The notes under the pieces are model-generated. The model saw nothing but the letters and a program-made list of their open reading frames with translations. It had not been told where the DNA came from and did no database searches. This document shows, piece after piece, positions 37,066-46,814 of a stretch of DNA of 64,000 nt. Source of the stretch: Dehalococcoidia bacterium (GTDB lineage: Bacteria > Chloroflexota > Dehalococcoidia > Lucifugimonadales > UBA3495); NCBI GenBank assembly GCA_034423575.1, contig DAOUIF010000084.1, forward strand, positions 2,040 to 66,039, written 5' to 3'. Positions within the stretch are counted from its first letter, which is position 1, and each line of letters opens with the position of its first letter. Made by a program: the position numbers and the translations under genes.

Positions 37066-38429
37066 GGACTCTCCGAGTTCTTTTTGCCGCTGACTGCCGC
37101 ATCGTCCGGCTCGTAGGGCAACACCCAACGCTTGGGCGCGATGGCGGACCGAACGGACGCCAGGTCCACGTCGGGATCGATCAGCCGAGCATTCGGTCGT
37201 CCGTTGAAGGCGACGAACGCGTCGGCGTTCACAGTCACGTGCGTAGAACCGTCTTCCGCTAAATCCCTGGCGATCATACGGGCGGTCTGGTGGATCATGT
37301 CCGGTTGGAAAGACATTCTTTCCACCTGAAGCGGGGTCAAATATTGGTCCGGTTCGATGAGCCAGGACTGGCCGGTTTCGACGTCCCGCACGCGGTATTG
37401 CACAAAGCCAACCTTTTCTGAAAGCATCACTCGCCACGCGAAGCGGTAACCTTCCTCGTTCCACCGGACATTCCCGGGATAGGCGAAGTGGCGCAGGGGC
37501 AACGCCAACTGGACCACGGCGAACATCGCCAACGCAATCAGGGCCGCCCGGGCGCGCCATGGTTGGTTGGCGGGCTGTGGGGGCTCGCCGCGAGGGCGTC
37601 GGTCGGGCATGCGTATCAGCCGCACCAGCCGTCGCGGCCAACCGGGGTCGAAAAATATCAGGGACAGCCCGATCATCAACCAGGGGAATACGCCAAGCTG
37701 CGGGAACAGAATCCAGGTCGCTAAATGGAAAGCTACGAGAGCGGCGTAGGCGAATGGCCGGGTGCGTCTCCACAACAGCGAGGGAACGATCGCCAGGTCG
37801 AACAGGGCGCCGCCCCAACTCATGACATATGCTGCCCAGGTTTCCTGAATCAGCCGGCCGATTACCGGCAAGTCGCCGTGCTGGTAGAGCCAGATGCGCA
37901 TGGGCAGCGCGTGGAACAGCCAGTCGGGGTTGATCTTGGCCAGGCCCGCGAACAAGTACACGACGGCGATCTGCCCGCGCAGCGTCCAGACAACCCAGAG
38001 CGGTGATGAACCCCGCCCAAAGGGCAGGACGGCCAGCAGCAAACTCACCAGGCTCATCAAGTAGTGATGATTGAGGTAGGTGGCGCTGTCGATCAGTTCT
38101 ACATAGGTGAACCCAACGCAGAACAGGGCAGCACACAGCCGTGGACGGAAACCCGCCGCGATGCCCACGCTCAACGCCCCTAGCGCGATGAAGTGGGCGT
38201 GCATCCCCCAGCCGGGCCACGGTCTTACCCAACCGAATCCCAGGTAGGTGAAATGGTGGTCCGGCTCCACGTAAAGCGGGCCGATCCATCCGTGAGCGAA
38301 AAAGCGGGCGACGACCAGGACGCCGAGCAGACCGAAGATGGCCCGGAAGGTTATGATCGATGCGCTATCAACCTGCTCGCTCGCGTTATATCTGGCGATT
38401 TTTAGCCAGACAGCCGGATTGATGGTCAT
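37062..38429 (-). CDS. HTTM-domain / vitamin K-dependent gamma-carboxylase-like membrane protein
   Basis: FRAIFG, YLNHHYL, YLFAGLAKINPDWL, GYRFAWRVML and MSFQPDMI. Confidence 0.85.
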   Translation of the reverse strand: MTINPAVWLKIARYNASEQVDSASIITFRAIFGLLGVLVVARFFAHGWIGPLYVEPDHHFTYLGFGWVRPWPGWGMHAHFIALGALSVGIAAGFRPRLCAALFCVGFTYVELIDSATYLNHHYLMSLVSLLLAVLPFGRGSSPLWVVWTLRGQIAVVYLFAGLAKINPDWLFHALPMRIWLYQHGDLPVIGRLIQETWAAYVMSWGGALFDLAIVPSLLWRRTRPFAYAALVAFHLATWILFPQLGVFPWLMIGLSLIFFDPGWPRRLVRLIRMPDRRPRGEPPQPANQPWRARAALIALAMFAVVQLALPLRHFAYPGNVRWNEEGYRFAWRVMLSEKVGFVQYRVRDVETGQSWLIEPDQYLTPLQVERMSFQPDMIHQTARMIARDLAEDGSTHVTVNADAFVAFNGRPNARLIDPDVDLASVRSAIAPKRWVLPYEPDDAAVSGKKNSESP

Positions 38430-38462
38430 GGCCAGCCCGATCCGGAGTGCGAATGTATCGGT

Positions 38463-39227
38463 TCAGCTGTCAGATTCGTACGGCCGAACCACGATCTGGC
38501 GCGCCACGTCATAGCCGATGGAAACCCGGTCCACCTCGGTCTCCACCTGCATCACGCCCAGGTACGGTATGGCCTCCAGCAGTGTGACTCGGTGATAGGG
38601 GACCAAACGCGCTCCGGTCAAAAACCTCAATAGCTCGGGGTTTTCCTCCGGCACCCGGTCAACCACGTACGGCGCATCGGCGACGGCGCTGTCCAGCGCC
38701 ACCGCACCTGGTGCCGATCCCGTGGCGCCGCTACCGGGAATGGGCCACCCAAAAGGCGAATGGGTCGGATTGCCCAGGCGCTCCTTTAACCTGTTCACCA
38801 GTATCTCGGACATGCCGTGCTCGAGTTGATGGGCTTCGGTGTGCGCTTCGTGAAGCTCCATCCCGAGAAGACTCACAACCAACCATTCGGCCAACCGATG
38901 GCGCTGCGCGATGTTCTCCCCCTCCAAGATGCCCCGGTCGGTCAGGCGGATCCGCTTGTCGCCGCCGACCTCGACCAGGCCTTGTTCCTGCATCCGTCGC
39001 AACATTCCGGCGACAGACGGCACGGAGGTGCCCAACCCCTCAGTGGGCGGCAACTGGCGCAACGCTTCCGCCAGTTGCGTCAGGGTGGGCGATTCGGAGC
39101 CCTCCCACATCTTGTACAGGGAGAGGAGATAGTTCTCCGTTACCGGAGACAATCGGTCGGAACTATTGGTCCTTCGATCTCGTGAGCTTGGATTGGCGTT
39201 TGATCTTCGGGAACGGGCCACAGTCAA
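38463..39227 (-). CDS. DtxR/IdeR/MntR-family metal-dependent repressor with C-terminal FeoA domain
   Basis: ENYLLSLY winged HTH, QRHRLAEWL, AHTEAHQLEH, PTHSPFGWPIP and a C-terminal SH3/FeoA-like region. Confidence 0.9.
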   Translation of the reverse strand: MTVARSRRSNANPSSRDRRTNSSDRLSPVTENYLLSLYKMWEGSESPTLTQLAEALRQLPPTEGLGTSVPSVAGMLRRMQEQGLVEVGGDKRIRLTDRGILEGENIAQRHRLAEWLVVSLLGMELHEAHTEAHQLEHGMSEILVNRLKERLGNPTHSPFGWPIPGSGATGSAPGAVALDSAVADAPYVVDRVPEENPELLRFLTGARLVPYHRVTLLEAIPYLGVMQVETEVDRVSIGYDVARQIVVRPYESDS

Positions 39228-39420
39228 ATCCTGTTAGCGGCGTAAAAGTATGCGAAGAGTATACCCCAACGCGCCGGCCCGGGTTTCAATAGGAGTGCGT
39301 CGCTCAGCGAATCGCTGACGTGTCGCGGGCTCAGTCAATGAGCCGTGAGTTGCCCGCCTCCGTGCTATCATGGGCCGCACACACGCTGCAAAATACCGGA
39401 CGAGAAGGAGGGCATGGCAA

Positions 39421-40221
39421 ATGACGATGGGCACGGTCACTTGGACCGAAGAGTTCCCGGAGGTAGCGGGCGCCAAACTTCAGTTAGTCAAGGGTGGCGC
39501 GGGTGATCCCCTGCTGATCCTGCATGACGAAATGGGCCACCATGGGCAAGTGCGATACCACGACGAACTGGCCCTGGACTATACCGTCCACATTCCTTCC
39601 CACCCTGGTTTCGGGGCCACGGAAGGCCAGGAATGGATCATGAACATGCGGGACATGGCGGGCTGGTATCTGGAAGCTCTGGATGACCTGAACCTTGGCC
39701 CGGTGAACCTGCTGGGATTCTCGTTGGGAGGCTGGCTGGCCGCGGAAATGGCGTCGATGAGTCCCGACTTGGTCCGCAAACTGGTGCTGGTAGCGCCGGC
39801 CGGAATTCGCCCGCCTTCCGGAGAAATATTCGACATGTTCCTGGTGGTGCCAAGAGACTACATCGTCGCCGGCTTCCTGGACCCCGAATCGACCCCCGAA
39901 TTTGATGAGGTCTGCCCAGAGGAACCCGCTGCTGAGCTGAACGAAGCCTGGGCCGTGGCGCGGGAGGAGGCGTGTCGCCTCAGCTGGCGTCCCTACATGC
40001 ACAATCTGGCCATGCCCAATCTGGTCCGCCGGCTCAAGCGCGTGCCCACCCAGATCATCTGGGGACGCGAAGACAACATCGTCCCCGTGTCTGCCGCTCA
40101 GGCGTACCACGATTCCATCCCCGGCTCGCGGCTGGAGATCCTGGACAGATGCGGCCATCGCCCCGAACTGGAGAAGACCGACGAATTCCTGACCCTGGTC
40201 AAGCAATTCCTTTCGTCATAA
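39421..40221 (+). CDS. Alpha/beta-fold hydrolase
   Basis: HPGFG, GFSLGG nucleophile elbow, WGREDNIVP and CGHRP. Confidence 0.88.
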   Translation: MTMGTVTWTEEFPEVAGAKLQLVKGGAGDPLLILHDEMGHHGQVRYHDELALDYTVHIPSHPGFGATEGQEWIMNMRDMAGWYLEALDDLNLGPVNLLGFSLGGWLAAEMASMSPDLVRKLVLVAPAGIRPPSGEIFDMFLVVPRDYIVAGFLDPESTPEFDEVCPEEPAAELNEAWAVAREEACRLSWRPYMHNLAMPNLVRRLKRVPTQIIWGREDNIVPVSAAQAYHDSIPGSRLEILDRCGHRPELEKTDEFLTLVKQFLSS

Positions 40222-40241
40222 CTTCCGGGAGCACGAGACAC

Positions 40242-40628
40242 GTGACCACCACCTCAATTCAAAACCGAGTGGACGAGCTTTGTGCCGACGCCCGAGACAT
40301 GCAAGCCCAGACCATCGCCTGTCTTGACCAGGGCGATGGCCGCGACGCGGCGGAGAAAGCCTGGTGCGCCACCAAGCGAGCCACCGACGGCCTCATCCTG
40401 GCTCGCACCGGCGAAGAACCGGTGACGACCGCACGCACCACTGGCGAGTTGGACGCACTTATCGACCGTGAGCCAGCTGCGGAAAGTCTCCTGGGCCGCT
40501 ATTTCAGCCGCCTGGGGCAACTCGACGGCGCCTGCTTCTACGACAAGCGCTGCAACCCACAGACCGAACGGCGTATAAGAGAAACCGCCCAGTACATCAG
40601 CGACGCCGAAGTTCTGGCAGCCCAATGA
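40242..40628 (+). CDS. PaREP1/HEPN-like helical protein
   Basis: GDGRDAAEKAWCA and C-terminal L..ACFYD resemble PaREP1 motifs; GTG start inferred. Confidence 0.5.
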   Translation: MTTTSIQNRVDELCADARDMQAQTIACLDQGDGRDAAEKAWCATKRATDGLILARTGEEPVTTARTTGELDALIDREPAAESLLGRYFSRLGQLDGACFYDKRCNPQTERRIRETAQYISDAEVLAAQ

Positions 40629-40684
40629 ACGTACCCTCCGTATGGTAAAATCCGGCCGTACCCGGAACCGCAAGGAGAAGCGAC

Positions 40685-41974
40685 ATGTTTATCGGATACT
40701 TTACGGAAAGGCCGTACCAGGATCCCAAATCCGGGTACTTTGGCGCCACCGGCAAGTCCATCATGGACCTAAACGTCAGTAACGATATATACGATCCCGA
40801 GCTGGGCGCCGGTCTCTACAACCGGTACCTAGATGAGAAGATCTACGCCGAGGAGATGGGCTTCGACGGGCTGATGCTCAATGAGCACCACAGCACGCCC
40901 TTCTGCATGGGCGGCGCCATGAACGTGGAGGCGTCCATCCTGGCCCGCATCACCAATCGAGCCAAGATCGTGCTCCTTGGCAACATCCTGCCCCTCTGGG
41001 ACGACCCGCTCTGGCTGGTTGAGCAGCTGGCCATGATCGACATGATCTCGCACGGCCGCCTGGTGTCCGGCTGGGTGCGCGGCACCGGCCGGGAGAGCGT
41101 GGCCCACAACATCGAGCCACATTACAACTGGGAGCGTTTCAAGGAGGCCCACGAGCTCATCGTCAAGGCGTGGACCACCCCCGGCCCCTTCCGCTGGGAG
41201 GGCAAGCACTTCCACTTCCGGCACGTCAATCCCTGGGTGCGTCCCTACCAGAAGCCGCACCCGCCAATCTGGCTACCCGGCGTAGTCTCCCGCGACTCCC
41301 TGGTGTGGGCTGCCGAGCAGCGCATCCCCTACATCATGCTGGCCACCGAGATGGAGCCAACCAAGCAGGCGTTCCAGATTTACCATGACACCGCAGCGGA
41401 ATTGGGATACGAGTCGGGACCGCAGAACATCGGGTACCTGTGGAAGGTCCACGTCGACGAGACCGAAGAGCTTGCCGAGCAGACCGGCCGCAAGTACGTG
41501 CAGGGGCCGAGCAACCCCTTCCTCGCCGGCAACGAGGGAACCACCAACCAGGCCCTGCTGCATCTCCCCGGGTTGACCTCGCGGCGTCGCGTCCTGCCCA
41601 CCACGGACGTCGCCACTGCGGCCAGAGGCGGAAGCGCGGGTCCCGGCGGTGTACTCTCCCGCCCCTACGAGCAGCAGATCAACGACTATACGATCATCTC
41701 CGGCACGCCGGACACCGTCATCCCCAAGATACGCCATGTGCTGGAGACCATCCGCCCCGGCAGCATCTTCTTCTGGGACGGCGACGGCGCGATGACCCAC
41801 GACGACGCCATGCGCAGCCTGCGCCTGATGGGCCAGGAGGTACTGCCCGCAGTGCGCGAAATGGCCAAGGAACTGGATCTGCCCGGGCCCTTCGAGGTGG
41901 ACCCGGCCACCAACAAGCCTTACGAGGCACAAACGTACTCCGCGCAACCGGCCGAGGTCACGGCCGACGATTAG
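40685..41974 (+). CDS. Luciferase-like (LLM) flavin-dependent monooxygenase
   Basis: MGFDGLMLNEHH, DMISHGRLVSGWVRG and PYQKPHPPIW. Confidence 0.92.
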   Translation: MFIGYFTERPYQDPKSGYFGATGKSIMDLNVSNDIYDPELGAGLYNRYLDEKIYAEEMGFDGLMLNEHHSTPFCMGGAMNVEASILARITNRAKIVLLGNILPLWDDPLWLVEQLAMIDMISHGRLVSGWVRGTGRESVAHNIEPHYNWERFKEAHELIVKAWTTPGPFRWEGKHFHFRHVNPWVRPYQKPHPPIWLPGVVSRDSLVWAAEQRIPYIMLATEMEPTKQAFQIYHDTAAELGYESGPQNIGYLWKVHVDETEELAEQTGRKYVQGPSNPFLAGNEGTTNQALLHLPGLTSRRRVLPTTDVATAARGGSAGPGGVLSRPYEQQINDYTIISGTPDTVIPKIRHVLETIRPGSIFFWDGDGAMTHDDAMRSLRLMGQEVLPAVREMAKELDLPGPFEVDPATNKPYEAQTYSAQPAEVTADD

Positions 41975-42075
41975 GATCGAACCATACTCTCAGCATGCGC
42001 GCCTCTCCCAACCAGGGGGAGGCCGTTTGCTATATCCGACGCATCTTCCGATCACACCCCATACGGAGCGCAACC

Positions 42076-43092
42076 ATGCCTTACGGAGACAATGACTGGC
42101 TGGCCCTGACCGCCGAACCCTCCCTTGAACCTGATCTGCCCATCTGCGACGCCCATCACCACTTCTGGGACTCCCGCATGGATCGCGTCCCCTACCACCG
42201 CTACCTGTTGGACGAGCTGGCGGCGGACGTGAATAGCGGCCACAACGTGCGCTCTACGGTCTTCCTGGAAGCGCGGTCGATGTACCGACCCGACGGACCG
42301 GAAGAGCTGCGCTCGGTGGGCGAGGTCGAATTCGTGCAGGGGATTGCCGCCGCCAGCGCCACCGGCCTTTACGGCCCAACCAAAGCCGCTGCCGCCATCA
42401 TCGGCGCCGCTGACCTTGCTCTGGGAGACGACGTGGCTCGCGTGCTGGACGCCCTCCAAGCCGCCAGCCCCAACCGCTTCCGCGGCATCCGATACAACAC
42501 CGGCTGGGATCCCCATCCTGAGTTGGAAAGCCGCTCCACTGAGCACAAGCTGGCGGATCCGCAGGTACGAGCCGGCGCCCAAGTGCTGTCCGACCGTGGG
42601 CTGGTGTACGAAAACGTGGTGTTCTACCCGCAGCTTTCTGACCTGGTGGACTTCGCCAACGCCCTCCCAAACTTGACGATCGTATCGAACCACATCGGCG
42701 GTTTAATCCGTGTCGGCCCTTACGGCAATCGGGACGACGAGGTCATGCCGGCCTGGCGCGAGGGCGTGGCGTCGCTGGCCCAGTGTCCCAACGTGGTGAT
42801 GAAGCTGGGCGGCGTGGGCCAGCCCCGGTACGGGTTCGACTGGCACACTCGGGCGGAGCCTATCGGTTCCGAACGGTTGGCGCAGGAGATGGGCCCGCTG
42901 ATCACCTACTGCATCGACCAGTTTGGGCCCGACCGCTGCCTGTTCGAGAGCAACTTCCCGCCCGACAAGGTATCCTTCTCGTACAACGTTATGTACAACG
43001 CTTTCAAGCGCATGACGTCGGGCTACTCGGCCAGCGAGCGCGCCGCCATGTTCCACGACAACGCGGCTCGGATCTACAGCATCGAGTACTAG
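42076..43092 (+). CDS. Amidohydrolase_2 family protein (lactonase-like)
   Basis: DAHHHFWD, RFRGIR, NHIGG, KLGG and FGPDRCLFESNFP; start at ATG 42076. Confidence 0.88.
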   Translation: MPYGDNDWLALTAEPSLEPDLPICDAHHHFWDSRMDRVPYHRYLLDELAADVNSGHNVRSTVFLEARSMYRPDGPEELRSVGEVEFVQGIAAASATGLYGPTKAAAAIIGAADLALGDDVARVLDALQAASPNRFRGIRYNTGWDPHPELESRSTEHKLADPQVRAGAQVLSDRGLVYENVVFYPQLSDLVDFANALPNLTIVSNHIGGLIRVGPYGNRDDEVMPAWREGVASLAQCPNVVMKLGGVGQPRYGFDWHTRAEPIGSERLAQEMGPLITYCIDQFGPDRCLFESNFPPDKVSFSYNVMYNAFKRMTSGYSASERAAMFHDNAARIYSIEY

Positions 43093-43094
43093 CG

Positions 43095-44450
43095 CTACAC
43101 GGTCGCAAGCAAAGCGGTCAGCTCGCCCACGTCAGACAACCGATCCAGGCGGCTGACCGTTTCTACCACCTTCTGGACGCCGCTGCTGCCCACGGTGTCG
43201 CGCGACAGAAGGTCGAACTTGCCCAGCAACTCCTCACGGCTGGCGGGGTTGGAGAAGTCCCCTCGCTGAGAGGTAACTTCCGCGCGGCGGACCCGGCCGT
43301 CAGTCAGCTGCACGGCGACCCGGGCCGCCGGATAGTCGTACCGGCGCAGGTTCATCTCGGGGTCGGCGTCCAGCGAGACGCGCTCGGCCAGTCGTCGGAT
43401 GTCCGCTCTGTCCACCCGATCGGGCAGAAAAGCGGTGACGTCGGTCCTCCCGTAGCAGATGGCGGCGGCCACCGCGTATGGGATCGAGAACTTGGCGGCC
43501 AGCATGTTGTCGGGGTGCGGGTCGGCCATGATGCCGGCGATGGGAGGCGCGGCAACCGCGATGCTTTTCACGTCAGATGGTGTGAAGGGTTCCTCGCGGA
43601 GCAGGTCCTGGACTGCATCCAGCACCGGGTGGTTGTACAGGCAGCAGGCATGCAGCTTGAAATAGTTTTGCTGGATGCGCAGGCGGCCGCCGGTACCGAG
43701 ACCGTCGGTCACCGCCTCGGGGTCGAAGCCTTCGCCCAGGAAAGTTCGGTACAGGTCCGCCGGCCCGTCGGCAATGGCGGTGTACCCGCACTGGCTCAGG
43801 TGGGCCGCCATGATCCCCTGGAAACCGGATCGGCCGGGGTACAGGTTGCGCACGGTGGCTCCCTCGATGCAGGGCGTCCAGGTGTTAGCCGGGCTCATGG
43901 ACATGGCCAGGTTCATCACCACGCGGGTTTGCCCCGCGTCGAAACCCATCAACCGCGCCGCGGCGGCTGCAGTACCTATGGTTCCCCAGGTGCCGTGGGA
44001 ATGCACCTCCGCCTTGACTGTAGTCGCCGTGCCGATGCGCGAGATGACCTCGTAGCCAACTATGATGCTCGCCAGCACCTCGCTGCCGCTGCACGCCAGA
44101 TCTTCGGCAACGGCAATTGCCCCGGGCGTCACGTGGATGGACGGATGGCCGCCTCCCAGACGATTGCCCTCATCCATTTCCAGCGACACGCCGGCGGTGG
44201 CGTTCACCATGGTCGCCCATACGGGCTGCACGCGAACATCATGCCCGAAGACGGTCGCGTTGCCGGGTCCGCTCATGGTCGCCGCGAGCCCGGCGAAGTT
44301 GGCGTTTTCGGGCAGGCGGCTGCCAGCGACGATCGCGCCGACCGTGTCCAGCACCACGTCCTTGGCGGCAGCGATGGCGGCGGGATCAAAGTCATCCCAC
44401 CGCGTTTCGGCAACAAATTCGGCCAGAAGGTCAAGGTAATCCTGGGCCAT
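43095..44450 (-). CDS. MmgE/PrpD family protein (second paralogue)
   Basis: LEMDEG, GHP, HSHGTWG, YFKLHACC and AKFSIPY; start at ATG 44450. Confidence 0.88.
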   Translation of the reverse strand: MAQDYLDLLAEFVAETRWDDFDPAAIAAAKDVVLDTVGAIVAGSRLPENANFAGLAATMSGPGNATVFGHDVRVQPVWATMVNATAGVSLEMDEGNRLGGGHPSIHVTPGAIAVAEDLACSGSEVLASIIVGYEVISRIGTATTVKAEVHSHGTWGTIGTAAAAARLMGFDAGQTRVVMNLAMSMSPANTWTPCIEGATVRNLYPGRSGFQGIMAAHLSQCGYTAIADGPADLYRTFLGEGFDPEAVTDGLGTGGRLRIQQNYFKLHACCLYNHPVLDAVQDLLREEPFTPSDVKSIAVAAPPIAGIMADPHPDNMLAAKFSIPYAVAAAICYGRTDVTAFLPDRVDRADIRRLAERVSLDADPEMNLRRYDYPAARVAVQLTDGRVRRAEVTSQRGDFSNPASREELLGKFDLLSRDTVGSSGVQKVVETVSRLDRLSDVGELTALLATV

Positions 44451-44458
44451 GATCGCAC

Positions 44459-45337
44459 CTACCGGGTGAAGAATTCGTGGAGCAGACGGTACGCGTCGTC
44501 GGGCAGTTCCTCGGCGATGTAGTGCCCGCAAGGCAATGACTGCCCCTCCACGTTGTTGGAATAATTGCGCCACACGCCGAGAACGTCCTGGGTGCGGCCC
44601 ACGTACCCCCGATCGCTCCACAGGGCCAGGTGAGGACAGTTCACCTTGTTGTCGAAGTCGGCCTCGTCGTGCTCCAGGTCAATGCTCGCGCCGGCGCGAT
44701 AGTCCTCGCATGCTCCGTGAATGGCATCGGGGTTGCTGAAGCAGCGCACGTACTCCTCCACGGCTTCCAGAGGGAAAACCTCTTCGGCGTTCCGCTCGCG
44801 CATAAACCGGGACCGGATGAAATAGTCGGGGTCGGCGCCGATGACACGCTCGGGAAAGTCATAAGGCTGAATCAGGAAGAACCAGTGGTAGGTGTTGGTC
44901 GCAAATTCCTTATTCACGATGCTGAACATGTGGCGCGTGGGCACGATGTCCAGCGTCGCCAGGCGCAGCACACGCTGGGGATGGTCCTTCGTCAGCCGGT
45001 GGGCGACGCGGGCCCCACGGTCATGGCTGCCCAGGAAGAAACTTTCGAACCCGAGGTGCGACATGGCGTCAACCAGGTCCTGCGCTTGCGCCCGTTTGCA
45101 GTGGTTGGAGTGGTCGGCGGTGCCCTGGGGCTTGCCGCTGTCGCCGTAGCCGCGCAGGTCCGCCGCTACCACCGTGAAATCCTCCGCCAGCCTCGGCGCG
45201 ATCTTGTGCCACATGGTATGGGTCTGCGGATAGCCGTGCAGCAGCAGCAGCGGGGGGCCGCTGCCGCCCTTCACCAGGTTCACCGGCTCTCCGCTGGTCT
45301 CCACCAGCATGCGATCAAATCCCTCGAACAAAGCCAT
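44459..45337 (-). CDS. Haloacetate/fluoroacetate dehalogenase-like alpha/beta hydrolase
   Basis: LLHGYPQT, DLRGYG, HDRGARV (Asp nucleophile with two Arg), YHWFF, CEDYRA and CGHY. Confidence 0.8.
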   Translation of the reverse strand: MALFEGFDRMLVETSGEPVNLVKGGSGPPLLLLHGYPQTHTMWHKIAPRLAEDFTVVAADLRGYGDSGKPQGTADHSNHCKRAQAQDLVDAMSHLGFESFFLGSHDRGARVAHRLTKDHPQRVLRLATLDIVPTRHMFSIVNKEFATNTYHWFFLIQPYDFPERVIGADPDYFIRSRFMRERNAEEVFPLEAVEEYVRCFSNPDAIHGACEDYRAGASIDLEHDEADFDNKVNCPHLALWSDRGYVGRTQDVLGVWRNYSNNVEGQSLPCGHYIAEELPDDAYRLLHEFFTR

Positions 45338-45508
45338 CTTCCGCTCCTTGGCAATTCTCAACTGAGCACGAACCGTGCGCTCACGGGTTGATACATAATG
45401 CGTCGGCGCGCCGATGATGTAAATACTTTGCGCCGCGCCCTTTGACACCATATTCGCGCCCGTGTAACGTAGGCACGAATCTGCCGGACAGGCCTGTTGA
45501 GAGCACAG

Positions 45509-46681
45509 ATGACCACCGCCTCGGTACCCCATGACATAGCCCACTACCTGGACGCGGCACGACCGTTTGTGACCCGCGTCGACGAGTCCGCCGACTGGAT
45601 CGACGCCGAGCGGCAGATGCCTGCCGACCTCGCCGCGGACATGGCCGACGCCGGATTCTTCCGGCTGCTGTTGCCCCGGGAGTTGGGCGGCGCCGAGTTG
45701 GCCCATCCCGATTTCCTGAACATCCTGGAGATGTTCGCCGGAGCTGATGCCAGCGTGGCCTGGTGCCTCAACCAGAACAACGTTTTCTCAACGCGGTCCA
45801 CGCGTATGTCAATGGCGACGGCGCGGGAAATCTGGGGCGAGCAACGGGGCGTGATGACCAACGGACCGCCGGCCGCCGGGTCGAAATCGGTGCCGGTGCC
45901 GGGAGGGTTCCGGCTGAGCGGGCACTGGAACTTCAGCAGCGGCAGCGACCACGCCACCTGGATCGCGGCGCTGGCGCCCGTCGTCCCGGAGAACGGAGCA
46001 GGTGCCGATGGGCAACCCCCGCAAACCCGCCTCCACCTGATGCCCATTGACCAGGTGCGCATGGTGGACCTGTGGCAAGTAGCCGGACTTCGCGGAACCG
46101 GCAGTTTCAGCTTCCAGGTGGACGACCTGCTCATTCCCGAGGAACGCACCTTCGTGCAGGAAGGAGCGTCCTGGTCCGACGCCCCACTTTATGGGATACC
46201 CACCACGCTGCTCTTCGCCACGGGGTTCGCAACCGTCGCGCTGGGCGTTGCGCGCAAGAGCCTGGACATCGCCATCGAAGTGGGACGGAACCGGACTCCC
46301 TATCGATCGGGCGTGCTCCTTCGCGATCACCAGACCACCCAACGCACCATAGGAGAGGCTCACGCGCAGCAGAGCTCAGCCAGGGCGTTCCTCAGGGAAG
46401 CGCACGGGCGGCTTTGGGAGTCGGCCTGCGCCTCCGGCGTTCTCACCACCGACGAGCGTATCCAGCTCCGCGTGGCCGCGACTCATGCCATCCGCACATC
46501 GGCCCAAGTGGTGGACGCCGCGTACACCCTGTGCGGGGCCAGCGGCATCTTCCAGACCAACCCGATCCAGCGTAGGTTCCAGGACATGCACGTCATCACA
46601 CAGCACGTCCAAGGGCACCACGTACACTACGAAACTGCCGGCCAGTACCTGCTGGGATTGGATCCGCAGGGCGTTTTCTAG
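45509..46681 (+). CDS. Acyl-CoA-dehydrogenase-fold flavin-dependent monooxygenase (HsaA/C2-like)
   Basis: DASVAW, SGHWNFSSGSDHATW, GLRGTGS and QRRFQDMH. Confidence 0.85.
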   Translation: MTTASVPHDIAHYLDAARPFVTRVDESADWIDAERQMPADLAADMADAGFFRLLLPRELGGAELAHPDFLNILEMFAGADASVAWCLNQNNVFSTRSTRMSMATAREIWGEQRGVMTNGPPAAGSKSVPVPGGFRLSGHWNFSSGSDHATWIAALAPVVPENGAGADGQPPQTRLHLMPIDQVRMVDLWQVAGLRGTGSFSFQVDDLLIPEERTFVQEGASWSDAPLYGIPTTLLFATGFATVALGVARKSLDIAIEVGRNRTPYRSGVLLRDHQTTQRTIGEAHAQQSSARAFLREAHGRLWESACASGVLTTDERIQLRVAATHAIRTSAQVVDAAYTLCGASGIFQTNPIQRRFQDMHVITQHVQGHHVHYETAGQYLLGLDPQGVF

Positions 46682-46691
46682 CGTTCACTTC

Positions 46692-46797
46692 TGTCATTGC
46701 GAAAAGCGCAGCGACGTGGCTATCTCGTGAAATGTGGATGACGTCGCCCATGCGCTCGCTGCGCTGACGAGATTGCCACGCTGCGCTCGCAATGACA
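46692..46797. repeat. GTCATTGCGA-type palindromic intergenic repeat
   Basis: Terminal inverted repeat tgtcattgcga / tcgcaatgaca with inner cgtggctatctcgt / acgagattgccacg arms. Confidence 0.8.
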
Positions 46798-46814
46798 TTG
46801 AGGAGGGGAATATT

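Noticed and set aside
39231-39263. Autoregulatory operator upstream of the DtxR-family gene
   Set aside because: Only GCATAC matches the candidate box, which is too weak to claim.
41440-42075. N-terminal extension making a 550-aa amidohydrolase
   Set aside because: Arg/Pro-rich out-of-frame read through the LLM gene; the real start is ATG 42076 with a ggag RBS. Similar extensions were trimmed at 39972, 44621, 45706, 32690, 33071 and 60800.
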